From: an uncultured Acidobacteriota bacterium
GTDB taxonomy: Bacteria > Acidobacteriota > Vicinamibacteria > Vicinamibacterales > UBA2999
Reading direction: 5' to 3'
Assembly: GCA_963841905.1 (NCBI GenBank)
Contig: CAWJEM010000023.1
Coordinates: 984 to 64,983, forward strand
DNA: 64,000 nt
The position numbers were made by a program, and so were the translations under genes. Below the pieces are notes generated by a model. It had not been told where the DNA came from. It did not search any database and saw nothing but the letters and a program-made list of their open reading frames with translations. The number at the start of each line of letters is the position of its first letter. The first letter of the stretch is position 1. This document shows positions 55,679 to 64,000 of this stretch, piece after piece.

Positions 55679-57859
55679 ATGGGTAAACGTGTTCGGATTC
55701 TGGCTGTCCGGGCGTGCGTGCTCGGTCTGGGAGCGCTCGCGTTGGCGAAACCGTCGAGCGCACAATCGCCAGCCGAGATCCAGCAGGCGGTCGACGCGGC
55801 ATACGCAAAGTTCAGGACCCTCAAGGAGGGTAAGAACGCCGACTACATTCCTGCGCTCGCCAAGGTCGATCCGGACCTGTTCGGAATCGCCGTGGTCACA
55901 GCCGACGGCAAGGTCTACGTCGCGGGTGACGTGAAGACCGAGGTTTCGATCCAGTCGATCTCCAAGGTCTTCACGATGGCCCAGGTCATCCAGGAGCAGG
56001 GGGTGGACGCGATCGAGAAACGCATCGGGGTCGACGCCACGGGCGCACGGTTCAACTCGATTATCGCGGTTGAAGCCGTCAGGACCGTCGCCGGCTCAGG
56101 GGCGCCGGAGATGAACCCGCTGGTGAATCCGGGGGCGATATCGGCGACGAGCATGGTGACGGGAGCGACATCGGATGCGGTGTGGACGAAGATCATCGGC
56201 TTTCACAACGACGCCGCGGGACGACCGCTGACCGTGCTGCAGGACGTCTACAAGTCCGAGTCCGACACGAACCAGCGCAACCAGGCCATCGGCGCGCTCA
56301 TGCTCGCGTACGGTTACATCAAAGGCGACTGGCGGCAGGCGGTCGACCTCTACACTCGTCAGTGCTCCATTGGGGTGAACGCCAACGATCTGGCGACGAT
56401 GGCGGCAACGCTGGCAGCGGGCGGCAGGAATCCGGTCACCGGCAGACAGGTCATTGACGCCGCAAAGGTCCCCAGCGTCCTCGCCGTCATGTCCACCGCC
56501 GGACTGTACGACGACTCGGGGAAGTGGCTCTACCACACAGGTCTTCCGGCCAAGAGCGGCGTCGGCGGCGGCATCATCGCCGTGTCGCCCGGCAAGTTCG
56601 GCATCGCCGTCATCTCCCCGCCGCTCGATGACGCCGGCAACAGCGTGAGGGCGCAGCGCGCCATCGCCGATATTTCGACGGCGCTCGGTGGCAACCCATA
56701 CGGCGCGAGAACGGCGACGGCCCAGCCAGCGGAGCCGAAGCCGAGCCTCGAGATTTACGGATTTGCGATGCTCGACATCGGCCACGACTTCAAACAGATC
56801 GACCCGAACTGGTTCGACACCATGCGCCTCACCAAGCTGCCGTCCGTCGCGGATGAGTTCGGGGAGGATCACAACACGTTCGCCGGCGTGCGCCAAAGCC
56901 GCCTTGGCGTGCGCTCGTCGACGCCAACAGCGGTAGGCGAGTTGAAGACCACCTTCGAGTTCGAGCTGTTCGGCACCGGTGTGGACGAAGGCCAGACGAC
57001 CTTTCGCCTGCGGCATGCGTACGGCGAGCTGGGGGCGTTCGGCGCGGGGCAGACGTGGAGCCCGTTCATGGATCCTGACGTGTTCCCGAACTCGCTCGAA
57101 TACTGGGGGCCCACCGGGATGGTGTTCTTCCGCAACGTCCAGGTGCGCTGGATGCCGGTTCAAGGCGAGCACGCCGTGACACTGGCCCTCGAGCGTCCGG
57201 GCGCGAGCGGCGATCAAGGTGTCTACTCGGACCGCGTCGAGCTGGAGGACATCACTCCGCGCTTCCCGCTGCCTGACTTCTCCGGCTCGTACAAGTACTC
57301 GCAGGACTGGGGCTACGTGCGCGCCGCCGGCATGCTCAGCGTGATCAAGTGGGACGACAACCTCGACGACCGGTTCGACTTCTCGGGCGACGCGACCGGT
57401 TGGGGCCTGAACCTCAGCACGAACCTGAAGGCTGGCGAGAGTAACGTGTTCCGGTTCCAGTTCGTGGTCGGGGAGGGCATCCAGAACTACATGAACGACT
57501 CTCCCGTGGACATCGGCATTGTCAACAACCCGGGCGATGCGATCAGGCCTCTCCTTGGCGAGCCCATTCCCCTCGTCGGCATCGTGGCGTTCCTCGATCA
57601 CACGTGGAGCGAGAAGTTCAGCAGTGCGATCGGATATTCGTGGCAGGACAACGACAACACCGAAGCACAGGCACCTGACGCGTTCAAGACCGGTCACTAT
57701 GCGCTCGGTAACCTGCTGTATTACCCGGCGCCGAATGTGATGGTTGGCGGGGAGCTCCAGTGGGGGCGTCGAGAGAACTTCTCCGACGGTTTCCAGAGTG
57801 ACGGCCTCAAGGCGCAGTTCTCGTTCAAGTACAACTTCTCATGGAAGCTTGGAGGGTAG
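55679..57859 (+). CDS. Glutaminase A domain fused to a C-terminal porin-like (DcaP-like?) beta-barrel
   Basis: Signal peptide. Glutaminase core (SIQSISKVFT.., ..GLPAKSGVGGGIIAV..) to about residue 340, then the linker TATAQPAEPKPS. After that, ~380 aa of beta-barrel-like sequence ending ..KAQFSFKYNFSWKLGG. Confidence 0.75.
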   Translation: MGKRVRILAVRACVLGLGALALAKPSSAQSPAEIQQAVDAAYAKFRTLKEGKNADYIPALAKVDPDLFGIAVVTADGKVYVAGDVKTEVSIQSISKVFTMAQVIQEQGVDAIEKRIGVDATGARFNSIIAVEAVRTVAGSGAPEMNPLVNPGAISATSMVTGATSDAVWTKIIGFHNDAAGRPLTVLQDVYKSESDTNQRNQAIGALMLAYGYIKGDWRQAVDLYTRQCSIGVNANDLATMAATLAAGGRNPVTGRQVIDAAKVPSVLAVMSTAGLYDDSGKWLYHTGLPAKSGVGGGIIAVSPGKFGIAVISPPLDDAGNSVRAQRAIADISTALGGNPYGARTATAQPAEPKPSLEIYGFAMLDIGHDFKQIDPNWFDTMRLTKLPSVADEFGEDHNTFAGVRQSRLGVRSSTPTAVGELKTTFEFELFGTGVDEGQTTFRLRHAYGELGAFGAGQTWSPFMDPDVFPNSLEYWGPTGMVFFRNVQVRWMPVQGEHAVTLALERPGASGDQGVYSDRVELEDITPRFPLPDFSGSYKYSQDWGYVRAAGMLSVIKWDDNLDDRFDFSGDATGWGLNLSTNLKAGESNVFRFQFVVGEGIQNYMNDSPVDIGIVNNPGDAIRPLLGEPIPLVGIVAFLDHTWSEKFSSAIGYSWQDNDNTEAQAPDAFKTGHYALGNLLYYPAPNVMVGGELQWGRRENFSDGFQSDGLKAQFSFKYNFSWKLGG

Positions 57860-57861
57860 TG

Positions 57862-58908
57862 ATGACTCGACGCACTCGAATTGTCTCGGTCGGCGCGTGC
57901 GCGCTCGCTCTCGGGATGCTGGCCCTCAGGGTCACGCAACTTGACGCGCAGTCGGGCGCCGAAGTCCAGCAGGCCGTGGACAACGCCCACGCGAAGTTCA
58001 GAACGCTGCAGGAAGGCAAGAATGCCGACTACATCCCGGCCCTGGCGAAGGTCGATCCCAATCTCTTCGGCATCGCGGTGGTGACTGCCGACGGCAAGGT
58101 CTACACAGCCGGTGATGTGAAGACGGAGGTCTCGATCCAGTCGATCTCGAAAGTCTTCACGATGGCTCAGGTGATCCAGGAACAGGGGCTCGAGTCGATC
58201 GAGAAGCGTATCGGCGTTGACGCGACCGGCGCCCGCTTCAACTCGATCATCGCGGTCGAGGGTGTTCGCACGGTCGTCGGTAGCGGCGCACCGGAGATGA
58301 ATCCTCTGGTCAACCCCGGGGCCATCTCGGCGACCAGTATGGTCAGGGGAGCAACGTCCGACGAAGTCTGGAAGAAGATCATCGGATTCCACAACGACGC
58401 GGCGGGACGTCAGCTGAGCGTGTTGCAGGATGTCTACAAGTCCGAGTCCGACACCAATCAGCGCAACCAGGCGATTGGTGCCCTCATGCTCGCCTACGGC
58501 TACATCAAGGACAACTGGCAGCAGGCGGTCGATCTCTATACGCGTCAATGCTCGATTGGCGTGAATGCGAGCGACCTGGCGACCATGGCGGGGACCCTGG
58601 CGTTCGCCGGCACGAACCCGGTCACGAAGAAGCAAGTGCTGGACGCGGCTAAAGTGCCCGGCGTTCTCGCGGTGATGGCTACCGCCGGACTCTATGACGA
58701 CTCCGGCAAGTGGCTGTATCTGACGGGGCTTCCCGCAAAGAGCGGCGTTGGCGGAGGAATCATCGCGGTGGCTCCAGGGAAGTTCGGCATTGCCGTCGTG
58801 TCGCCTCCGCTGGACGATGCGGGAAACAGCGTCCGCGCGCAGCGGGCGATCGCGGCCATCTCGAACCAGCTTGGCGGCAACCCGTACTTGGCGGCCAAGG
58901 CCCGCTAG
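57862..58908 (+). CDS. glsA: Secreted glutaminase A (stand-alone paralogue)
   Basis: GGAGGG RBS inside the upstream gene's end. MTRRTRIVSVGACALALGMLAL signal peptide. About 80% identical by eye to the N-domain of 55679..57859. Confidence 0.85.
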   Translation: MTRRTRIVSVGACALALGMLALRVTQLDAQSGAEVQQAVDNAHAKFRTLQEGKNADYIPALAKVDPNLFGIAVVTADGKVYTAGDVKTEVSIQSISKVFTMAQVIQEQGLESIEKRIGVDATGARFNSIIAVEGVRTVVGSGAPEMNPLVNPGAISATSMVRGATSDEVWKKIIGFHNDAAGRQLSVLQDVYKSESDTNQRNQAIGALMLAYGYIKDNWQQAVDLYTRQCSIGVNASDLATMAGTLAFAGTNPVTKKQVLDAAKVPGVLAVMATAGLYDDSGKWLYLTGLPAKSGVGGGIIAVAPGKFGIAVVSPPLDDAGNSVRAQRAIAAISNQLGGNPYLAAKAR

Positions 58909-58925
58909 GTTCGGACCGAGCCAAC

Positions 58926-59966
58926 TTGTGCGCTCCCGATTGGCTGCCGCCGGCGATTGTGACCATCGCCTTGGCATTGTCAATGACGGCGACGACGCAT
59001 GCCCAGGGCCGAACCGACGTCGTGACCCTGGCTAACGGCGATCGGATTACGGGCGAGATCGTGCAACTCGAGCGGGGGAGACTCGAGTTCAAGACCGACG
59101 ACGCCGGCACGCTCTATCTGGAGTGGGACAAGGTCTCGAGCCTCGTGGCGACGCGTCTGGTCGAAGTGCTCACCACCGATGGCCGCCGGTTCCTGGGCAG
59201 CCTCGGACAAGCGGGCGTCAGATCGATCGCGGTCGTGACCTCTGGAGAAGAGGTACCGCTTCAGATGTCGGAGGTGACATTGATCACCCCGATCGGAGCG
59301 AGTTTCTGGCGCCAGCTCGATGGGTCGTTCGACGCGGGGTTCAGCTATACCCGGTCCAGCGGTGTTGCGCAGCTCAATCTGAATTCGGACACCGTGTACC
59401 GCCAGCTCGCGTCGCGGACACGGCTTACCGCGTCGCTCACCCAGACGAAGAAAGACGATGATTCGGGTCGCGACGATCGGGGGACCGTGGAAATGTCCTA
59501 TCTGCGATACCCCTGGTCGCGTTGGTTCATCCTGACGGCCGGCCGGTTCGAGACCAATGAGAGCCTCGGGCTGACGCTGCGGTCGCAGATCGGTGCCGCC
59601 TCCGGACCCCGTCTGATCAACAGCAATCGCGCGCAACTCGTGCTCGGCGCCGGGCTGGCATTCAACCAGGAGCAGGGGGTGGATGTCGAAACCACGCAGA
59701 ACGTCGAGGCGCTCTTCATGTTCGAGACCTCGTTCTACACCTACGATCGGCCCAAAACGAACCTCGACCTCAGCTTTCAGTACTACCCGAGCCTGAACAA
59801 CATCGGCCGTCAGCGGGTGCAGCTCGACGCCGGTGTCAAACGGGAACTCTGGAAGGATTTCTTCGCCGCGCTCAGTCTATACAACACGTACGACAACCGG
59901 CCCCCGAACCCGGCGGCCGATACCAACGATGTTGGAATCGTGCTGTCGATCGGCTGGACCTATTAA
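58926..59966 (+). CDS. DUF481 (YdiY-like) outer-membrane protein
   Basis: ..DVVTLANGDRITGEIVQLERGRLEFKTDDAGTLYLEWDKV.. N-terminal signature, and a beta-barrel ending ..VLSIGWTY. The start is uncertain (TTG 58926 or GTG 58959). Confidence 0.7.
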   Translation: MCAPDWLPPAIVTIALALSMTATTHAQGRTDVVTLANGDRITGEIVQLERGRLEFKTDDAGTLYLEWDKVSSLVATRLVEVLTTDGRRFLGSLGQAGVRSIAVVTSGEEVPLQMSEVTLITPIGASFWRQLDGSFDAGFSYTRSSGVAQLNLNSDTVYRQLASRTRLTASLTQTKKDDDSGRDDRGTVEMSYLRYPWSRWFILTAGRFETNESLGLTLRSQIGAASGPRLINSNRAQLVLGAGLAFNQEQGVDVETTQNVEALFMFETSFYTYDRPKTNLDLSFQYYPSLNNIGRQRVQLDAGVKRELWKDFFAALSLYNTYDNRPPNPAADTNDVGIVLSIGWTY

Positions 59967-60581
59967 GGAGTGCGGGGCGCAAGCGGCAGCACCGGTCGCC
60001 CTTTTTGCATCGCTGCCACGAGGTCTCTCGACCCTGAGCCCCAGCGCGAGATGGACCTGATGGCTTGGGTGAAGGGGACGTCGAGGATGTGCACCCGTTC
60101 AGGGCGGCAGAACGTATACGGCTCCAGCGAGCGGTGTAGGCACCGACGGAACGAAGACGGTCAACCGGCCGTCATCGAGCACCTCGATGATGAACGCCGG
60201 GACGAGCGCCTCCTCGATTTCGACCAGTGCCGGCGTCCACGCACTCTCGTCACTATCTCCCGCCATCCGCTGAGTCAGGCTGCGGAGCAAGCTGTACCCG
60301 GGAAGTCTCTCGAAGAACGCAATCTCCAGGCGCTCGCGAGCCGCGCGCCCCGATCGCGTGCGCATGGCGACGCCGACGAGGAAACAGATCGTCAGAATCA
60401 GCACCAGAGAGAAGAAACCCTCGGCCGGGATCCAGTCAGGGAGGAGCGCTGCGAGTGGCCGGACCAGACCCGCGACCGACGCCATGCCCTTGAGCAGCAG
60501 CAGTACCGCCAGGTAGACGGGCACTACGATGAGCAAACCCCCAACGAGTGTGCTCGTGACGAACTCGCGCACGTATCTCAT
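59963..60581 (-). pseudogene. DUF502 membrane protein with one frame break near its C-terminus
   Basis: MRYVREFVTSTLVGGLLIVVPVYLAVLLLL.. The ORF stops after ..GAVYVLPP at 60099, while the expected continuation ERVHILDVPFTQAIRSISRWG.. follows in the next frame down to TAA 59963-59965. Confidence 0.7.
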
Positions 60582-60637
60582 CGTTCGGGCTCCGTGGCCC
60601 CGGCGCCCACGGTCATCGTCGCCAGCCGCCGGTCTCG

Positions 60638-61207
60638 CTACTTTGGCGTTATCTTCGTGATCTTGTTGCCTTGGATGCCGAGGCCCGCCATCAGTCCCTT
60701 CTGGCCGAAGACGAAGGCGTAGATGTCGTCCTTCATCGTGGTGGTCGTGGCGGTCTTCGCCATACCCTCGTCTACCAGGACGACGCTTGGACCGACTCCG
60801 ACCTCGAAACCGCTCGCCTTGACGAAGTCATCGAGTGCCTTCGCGTTCATGAAGAACATCGCGTAGCCGTACTGCTGGCCCCCGGCCTGTAGCCCGATGG
60901 AAGCGCCGGTCGTCTTGTAGTAGGCAACCGCGGTCCCACCCTTCAGCAGCGAACCTTCGCCATACTGACCGCCAATCCCGAGGCCGGCTTTCGTGACTTG
61001 CGGAAAGACCAGAATGGCCTGCGCCTTTGGCCCGAGTAGTTTCGCGAGCTCCGCGCTACTGTACAGCTTCTGCAACGCGGCTTGCGACTCGCTTGCGAGC
61101 TTGGCTGCCTCTGTCTTCCCCTCGTCTTGTGTTGTTGACGGAGGCCCCGCCCAGATGAATGCGGTGGCCATCAGAACGCCTGCCATCCATGTCGTTCCCA
61201 TAGTCAT
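60638..61207 (-). CDS. SYLF (Ysc84-like) lipid-binding domain protein
   Basis: ..AILVFPQVTKAGLGIGGQYGEGSLLKGG..GASIGLQAGGQQYGYAMFFMN..GFEVGVGPSV.. is a typical SYLF/DUF500 pattern. Confidence 0.75.
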   Translation of the reverse strand: MTMGTTWMAGVLMATAFIWAGPPSTTQDEGKTEAAKLASESQAALQKLYSSAELAKLLGPKAQAILVFPQVTKAGLGIGGQYGEGSLLKGGTAVAYYKTTGASIGLQAGGQQYGYAMFFMNAKALDDFVKASGFEVGVGPSVVLVDEGMAKTATTTTMKDDIYAFVFGQKGLMAGLGIQGNKITKITPK

Positions 61208-61334
61208 TCTCCTTGTGGCTCAAGAAACCGAGCGGGCCTGTGAGCCTTTCCGCATCACGACCAAGGTCTCTCGATCTCGAGTGCCGCAGAGGCCGGGGCG
61301 ATCGCGACCGACCGCCCCGGCCGTAAATCAGGCA

Positions 61335-61886
61335 CTACTTGCCGGGCTCGACCGACACCAGCACTGCTTCGGTCCAGACGATGTCGAACTTGTCGCCGAC
61401 CTTGACCTTGGCGAGTGCCTCCTTGTCCACCACTTTGGACGTGTACTTCCAGCCGGTCGGCCCGGTGAAAGTGACCGACGGCACCTCTGGGTTGATGGCC
61501 GTAATCGTGGCCGTGATGGTCACCTGCTTGGCTTTCGTGCCACCCGGCAGGACCTGCTCGGCAGGGGTCGTCGCCTTCGAGGCGCTCGCGACGTCCGGCT
61601 CGCCGGGCCGCTTCAGCCGGACGACGACGTTCTCGTAAAAACGAGCGGTGACCTTGTCGCCGACCTTGAGCTCCGCGAAGCGCTTGATGTCTGGCCCGGC
61701 GACGGTCGTCACGAAGGTGCCGTCCGCTTTCTTGAGCGTGACCGTGCGGGTTGCGGCCTCGATCGCCTCGACGGTGCCCGTCTCCGTTCGCATCTCTGAC
61801 GAGATCGTCTTGGCCTGGGCCATGGCCGTCTGGGCCGTTGACCCCAGAAAAGCCGCTGCAATGATTCCTACGACAAACCGTTTCAT
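61335..61886 (-). CDS. Periplasmic tandem beta-sandwich protein (paralogue B)
   Basis: About 90% identical to 51299..51850 by eye. AGGAGGA RBS and ATG 61886. Confidence 0.75.
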   Translation of the reverse strand: MKRFVVGIIAAAFLGSTAQTAMAQAKTISSEMRTETGTVEAIEAATRTVTLKKADGTFVTTVAGPDIKRFAELKVGDKVTARFYENVVVRLKRPGEPDVASASKATTPAEQVLPGGTKAKQVTITATITAINPEVPSVTFTGPTGWKYTSKVVDKEALAKVKVGDKFDIVWTEAVLVSVEPGK

Positions 61887-62215
61887 GTGTGTCCTCCTAG
61901 TCCCGTCTTGACGCGCGTTTCCTTTCCAACTGACTGAATCCAGTGCCACGCCAGCCACCGTGAAGGCGGGGGCTGACCGCTCACGTCGCGGGCCCATGGA
62001 CTTCTGTGCGACCGAAGCGCCCTCGGCGATCAGAGGATCGACGGCAGGTTGCAGCCGATCACCCCAGCGAACACCCGCGCTACGCTGCAGACCACTTGCC
62101 ATTACGTGGGGAGGTCGAAATGGCCAGATTCATTGAGGATTTCACCGCGTGCCACTTGTTTGTGCGGGAACGGCCGGCGCTGCTCACCCCACCGGACGGA
62201 GGGCGTCCGAAATGA
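61887..62215 (-). other. Conserved long 5' leader of paralogue B
   Basis: See 51851-52290. It is preceded (62344-62400) by a ~55-nt relic resembling the 3' end of yet another paralogue (..GVDIVWTEALLVLFES). Confidence 0.5.
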
Positions 62216-62415
62216 CGTAGGTGATCAAGCAAGGCACTCGGTGCCGGAGGCTGAACCATCACGGGCGAATCAAGCTGGACCACAAGGTGTCCGGGGCAAT
62301 CACGGCGGATCGCCCCGGTTCCACACGAGCCACCGACAGGCCAGACTCGAAGAGCACCAGCAGCGCTTCTGTCCAAACGATGTCGACGCCGATCGCGGCT
62401 GTATCAGCAGTTCGC

Positions 62416-63243
62416 CTAGCGGACGAAGCGACGCCTGACAGTCAGGGCGAACCCCATCGACAGCAACACGACACTCGCGAGTCCGATGGCCGGCCATGAG
62501 CTGGCGGTCTTCGGCAGTGTCCTGGCGCCACCCGTCGCTGCGCCGGGGGCCGCTGATGCCGTTTTGGCGCCAGCTGCGGACGAGGCCCCAGCTGTGGACG
62601 GGGCTGCTGCTCCTCCCGCCGGACGTGCGCCGCCACCTGCGCTGGCAGCCGCGCCGCCACCTGCTTTGGCACCGCCAGCACCTGCGCCGCCGGCGGCGGC
62701 GCCGCTAGCTGCAAGGGTGGCCTGCACTTCCTTCTCCGTCAGGACCTGCGGCGGCTTCGTCGTAATGATGGTCGCGCTCAGCCGATCGCCGCGACGAAAG
62801 TCAGACACGCTCGCGGGCTTGCCGCTGCGCATGATCTTCACGCCGCGCTTGTCTACCTCACTTTGCGTGAACGATCGGATTCCCTCGTCGGTCCGTACGA
62901 TGATGGTGGAACCGGCAGTCTCCATTACGGTGCCGTTCTTGACCTCCGTCACGGTGACTGGCGTGACCGTCGTTCGCGTCGTAATGGTGGCCGTGCCTTT
63001 CATGCCCGGCTTCAGCTGTTGCACGGACAACGGCTGTCCGTTGACGGTGAAGCGAAAGTCATCGGGGACCGTCAGCTCCCTCGTGCCTTCCGGCAGCCGG
63101 ACGACCAGCAGGTTGCCCTCCACCATGAGCACTTCAAATGTCTTGGTTTCCGTCGAGCTCGTAGGCTGCTGCCCCAACGACACGACGGCCGTCGAACACA
63201 CGACCGCCGCGGCCAGGGCCATCCGAACTATTGCACGTGTCAT
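62416..63243 (-). CDS. Sortase substrate: secreted tandem beta-sandwich protein with Ala/Gly-rich stalk and C-terminal LPKTAS sorting signal
   Basis: Signal peptide MTRAIVRMALAAAVVCSTAVVSLGQ. The C-terminus is ..RTLPKTAS-SWPAIGLASVVLLSMGFALTV-RRRFVR: motif at 62500-62517, hydrophobic span, basic tail. Confidence 0.75.
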   Translation of the reverse strand: MTRAIVRMALAAAVVCSTAVVSLGQQPTSSTETKTFEVLMVEGNLLVVRLPEGTRELTVPDDFRFTVNGQPLSVQQLKPGMKGTATITTRTTVTPVTVTEVKNGTVMETAGSTIIVRTDEGIRSFTQSEVDKRGVKIMRSGKPASVSDFRRGDRLSATIITTKPPQVLTEKEVQATLAASGAAAGGAGAGGAKAGGGAAASAGGGARPAGGAAAPSTAGASSAAGAKTASAAPGAATGGARTLPKTASSWPAIGLASVVLLSMGFALTVRRRFVR

Positions 63244-64000
63244 AAGCCTCTCTCCATTCTGCTCTGCATGCTTTGCGCGAACATTTCCGAGACGTGAGAA
63301 GACCAGAAGAAAGCGACAAACCGCTCGTTTCCGCACCGGGGACAAGGAACGGGTTTAGTGGATAGCGGCGAGTACGCCGTTGTGTCGCGGATACGCACGG
63401 CACGGACGATGAACCGCTGGGGAGCGGAGCCGACGAAGTAGAAGGGATAGCAGGTGACCAGCGTCAGCGCCCGCGTCGGCGTCGGGTCCAGCACCGAGAC
63501 GTCCTCCGGTTCGACCACCCACGTTCGCTCGACGCGATAGAACTCCTTCCCCTGGAGGGTGTCGAGCTCGATCGCATCACCCGGGTTGACGTCCTTCAGT
63601 CCGCGGAAGAAGCTATCGCGGTGCCCGGCGATGCCCGAGTTACCGTCCGTACCTGGTTGTGCCGTGTCCTCGATGTGACCGACGGCTCTATCGAGCGTCC
63701 GATCGTCGGTGCCGGGCAGCACCGGCACCTCGAGTCGAATCTTCGGAATTCGCAGCACCGCGATAGGAGCGGGGGCGGGTTCGCTCAGGGCTTTACGCCA
63801 GGCGCTGACGCGATTTGGGGACCAAAGGGACTGGTCTGGCGTGCCAGCCTGCGTCGTAACAACCTGAAGTGCCGCGAAGCGCTCCAGATCGTGCCGGGTC
63901 GAGGAGGCAACCTCGATGTGGGACGCGCCCCACCACACCAGGCCAACAAGGCCGAATGCCCAGCTCGTTCTCTCCGCGAGAAGAAGAAGACGACGACGTA
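63240..64000 (-). CDS. Sortase-family transpeptidase, 5' end beyond the window
   Basis: N-terminal TM (RRRLLLL..WAFGLVGLVWWG), IAGHRDSFF (His), TLVTCYPF (TLxTC Cys) and RFIVRAVR (Arg). The stop TGA overlaps the substrate's ATG (ATGA at 63240-63243). Confidence 0.8.
   Translation of the reverse strand, partial: RRRLLLLAERTSWAFGLVGLVWWGASHIEVASSTRHDLERFAALQVVTTQAGTPDQSLWSPNRVSAWRKALSEPAPAPIAVLRIPKIRLEVPVLPGTDDRTLDRAVGHIEDTAQPGTDGNSGIAGHRDSFFRGLKDVNPGDAIELDTLQGKEFYRVERTWVVEPEDVSVLDPTPTRALTLVTCYPFYFVGSAPQRFIVRAVRIRDTTAYSPLSTKPVPCPRCGNERFVAFFWSSHVSEMFAQSMQSRMERGL

Noticed and set aside
53887-55686. 599-aa ORF taken as one protein
   Set aside because: The first 211 codons overlap the 3' end of the porin gene in another frame and look like Arg-rich noise. 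The real gene starts at ATG 54520, with an RBS and a signal peptide.
56096-58983. 533-aa and 420-aa minus-strand ORFs antisense to the glutaminase genes
   Set aside because: Arg-rich shadow ORFs. The plus strand carries clear glutaminase and barrel motifs.
2105-60101. Programmed ribosomal frameshifting at the frame breaks
   Set aside because: No slippery heptamers or downstream stimulatory structures were seen. There are too many unrelated genes affected and several breaks lie in G/C runs, so indel errors (or plain mutations) are more parsimonious.
61887-62215. Cobalamin (or other known) riboswitch in the conserved leader
   Set aside because: A GGTGAAATCC stretch resembles part of the B12 element. 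I could not find a B12 box or the expected order of conserved segments, and no other riboswitch consensus I know fits. It is kept only as an unclassified conserved leader.

Overview
High-GC bacterial chromosomal segment, probably Acidobacteriota. That inference rests on two copies of an ADOP-type duplicated FtsX permease plus many Sec/Tat-exported hydrolases and outer-membrane beta-barrels. I support about 55 protein-coding loci and one tRNA-Gln(CUG). I recognise no rRNA, CRISPR array, transposase or integrase.

Main observations:
1. A Tat-exported thioredoxin-fold gene is interrupted only by an in-frame TGA at the redox-Cys position (W-A-S-W-U-G-C), followed by a hairpin. It is very likely a selenoprotein that the ORF track splits in two.
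2. This gene lies inside a 5.7-kb head-to-tail tandem duplication (9317-14987 and 14988-20678) bounded by a TCGACGA microhomology. The duplication also carries a YcaQ/AlkZ-like gene, the ADOP permease and part of a beta-propeller gene.
3. A palindrome GGGGAC(T/A)GTCCCC, preceded by a TATAAA-like box, recurs in 5' regions.
4. At the right edge, a sortase is translationally coupled to an LPKTAS-anchored substrate. It sits beside a small paralogous family of tandem beta-sandwich proteins with a conserved long leader.
5. An envelope operon contains a glutaminase fused to a porin-like barrel, a second secreted glutaminase and two further outer-membrane barrels.
6. A decayed islet lies next to tRNA-Gln, delimited by a 15-nt copy of the tRNA 3' end. 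A 21-nt direct repeat brackets the following 6.4 kb.
7. There is one MITE-like nested inverted repeat.
8. Several convergent-gene spacers are built from iterated short units.

Caveats: at least eight genes show single frame breaks. This more likely reflects uncorrected indels in the assembly than mass pseudogenisation. All coordinates and motif matches were derived by eye from the sequence and the ORF track, and family names come from memory of motifs, not from searches.
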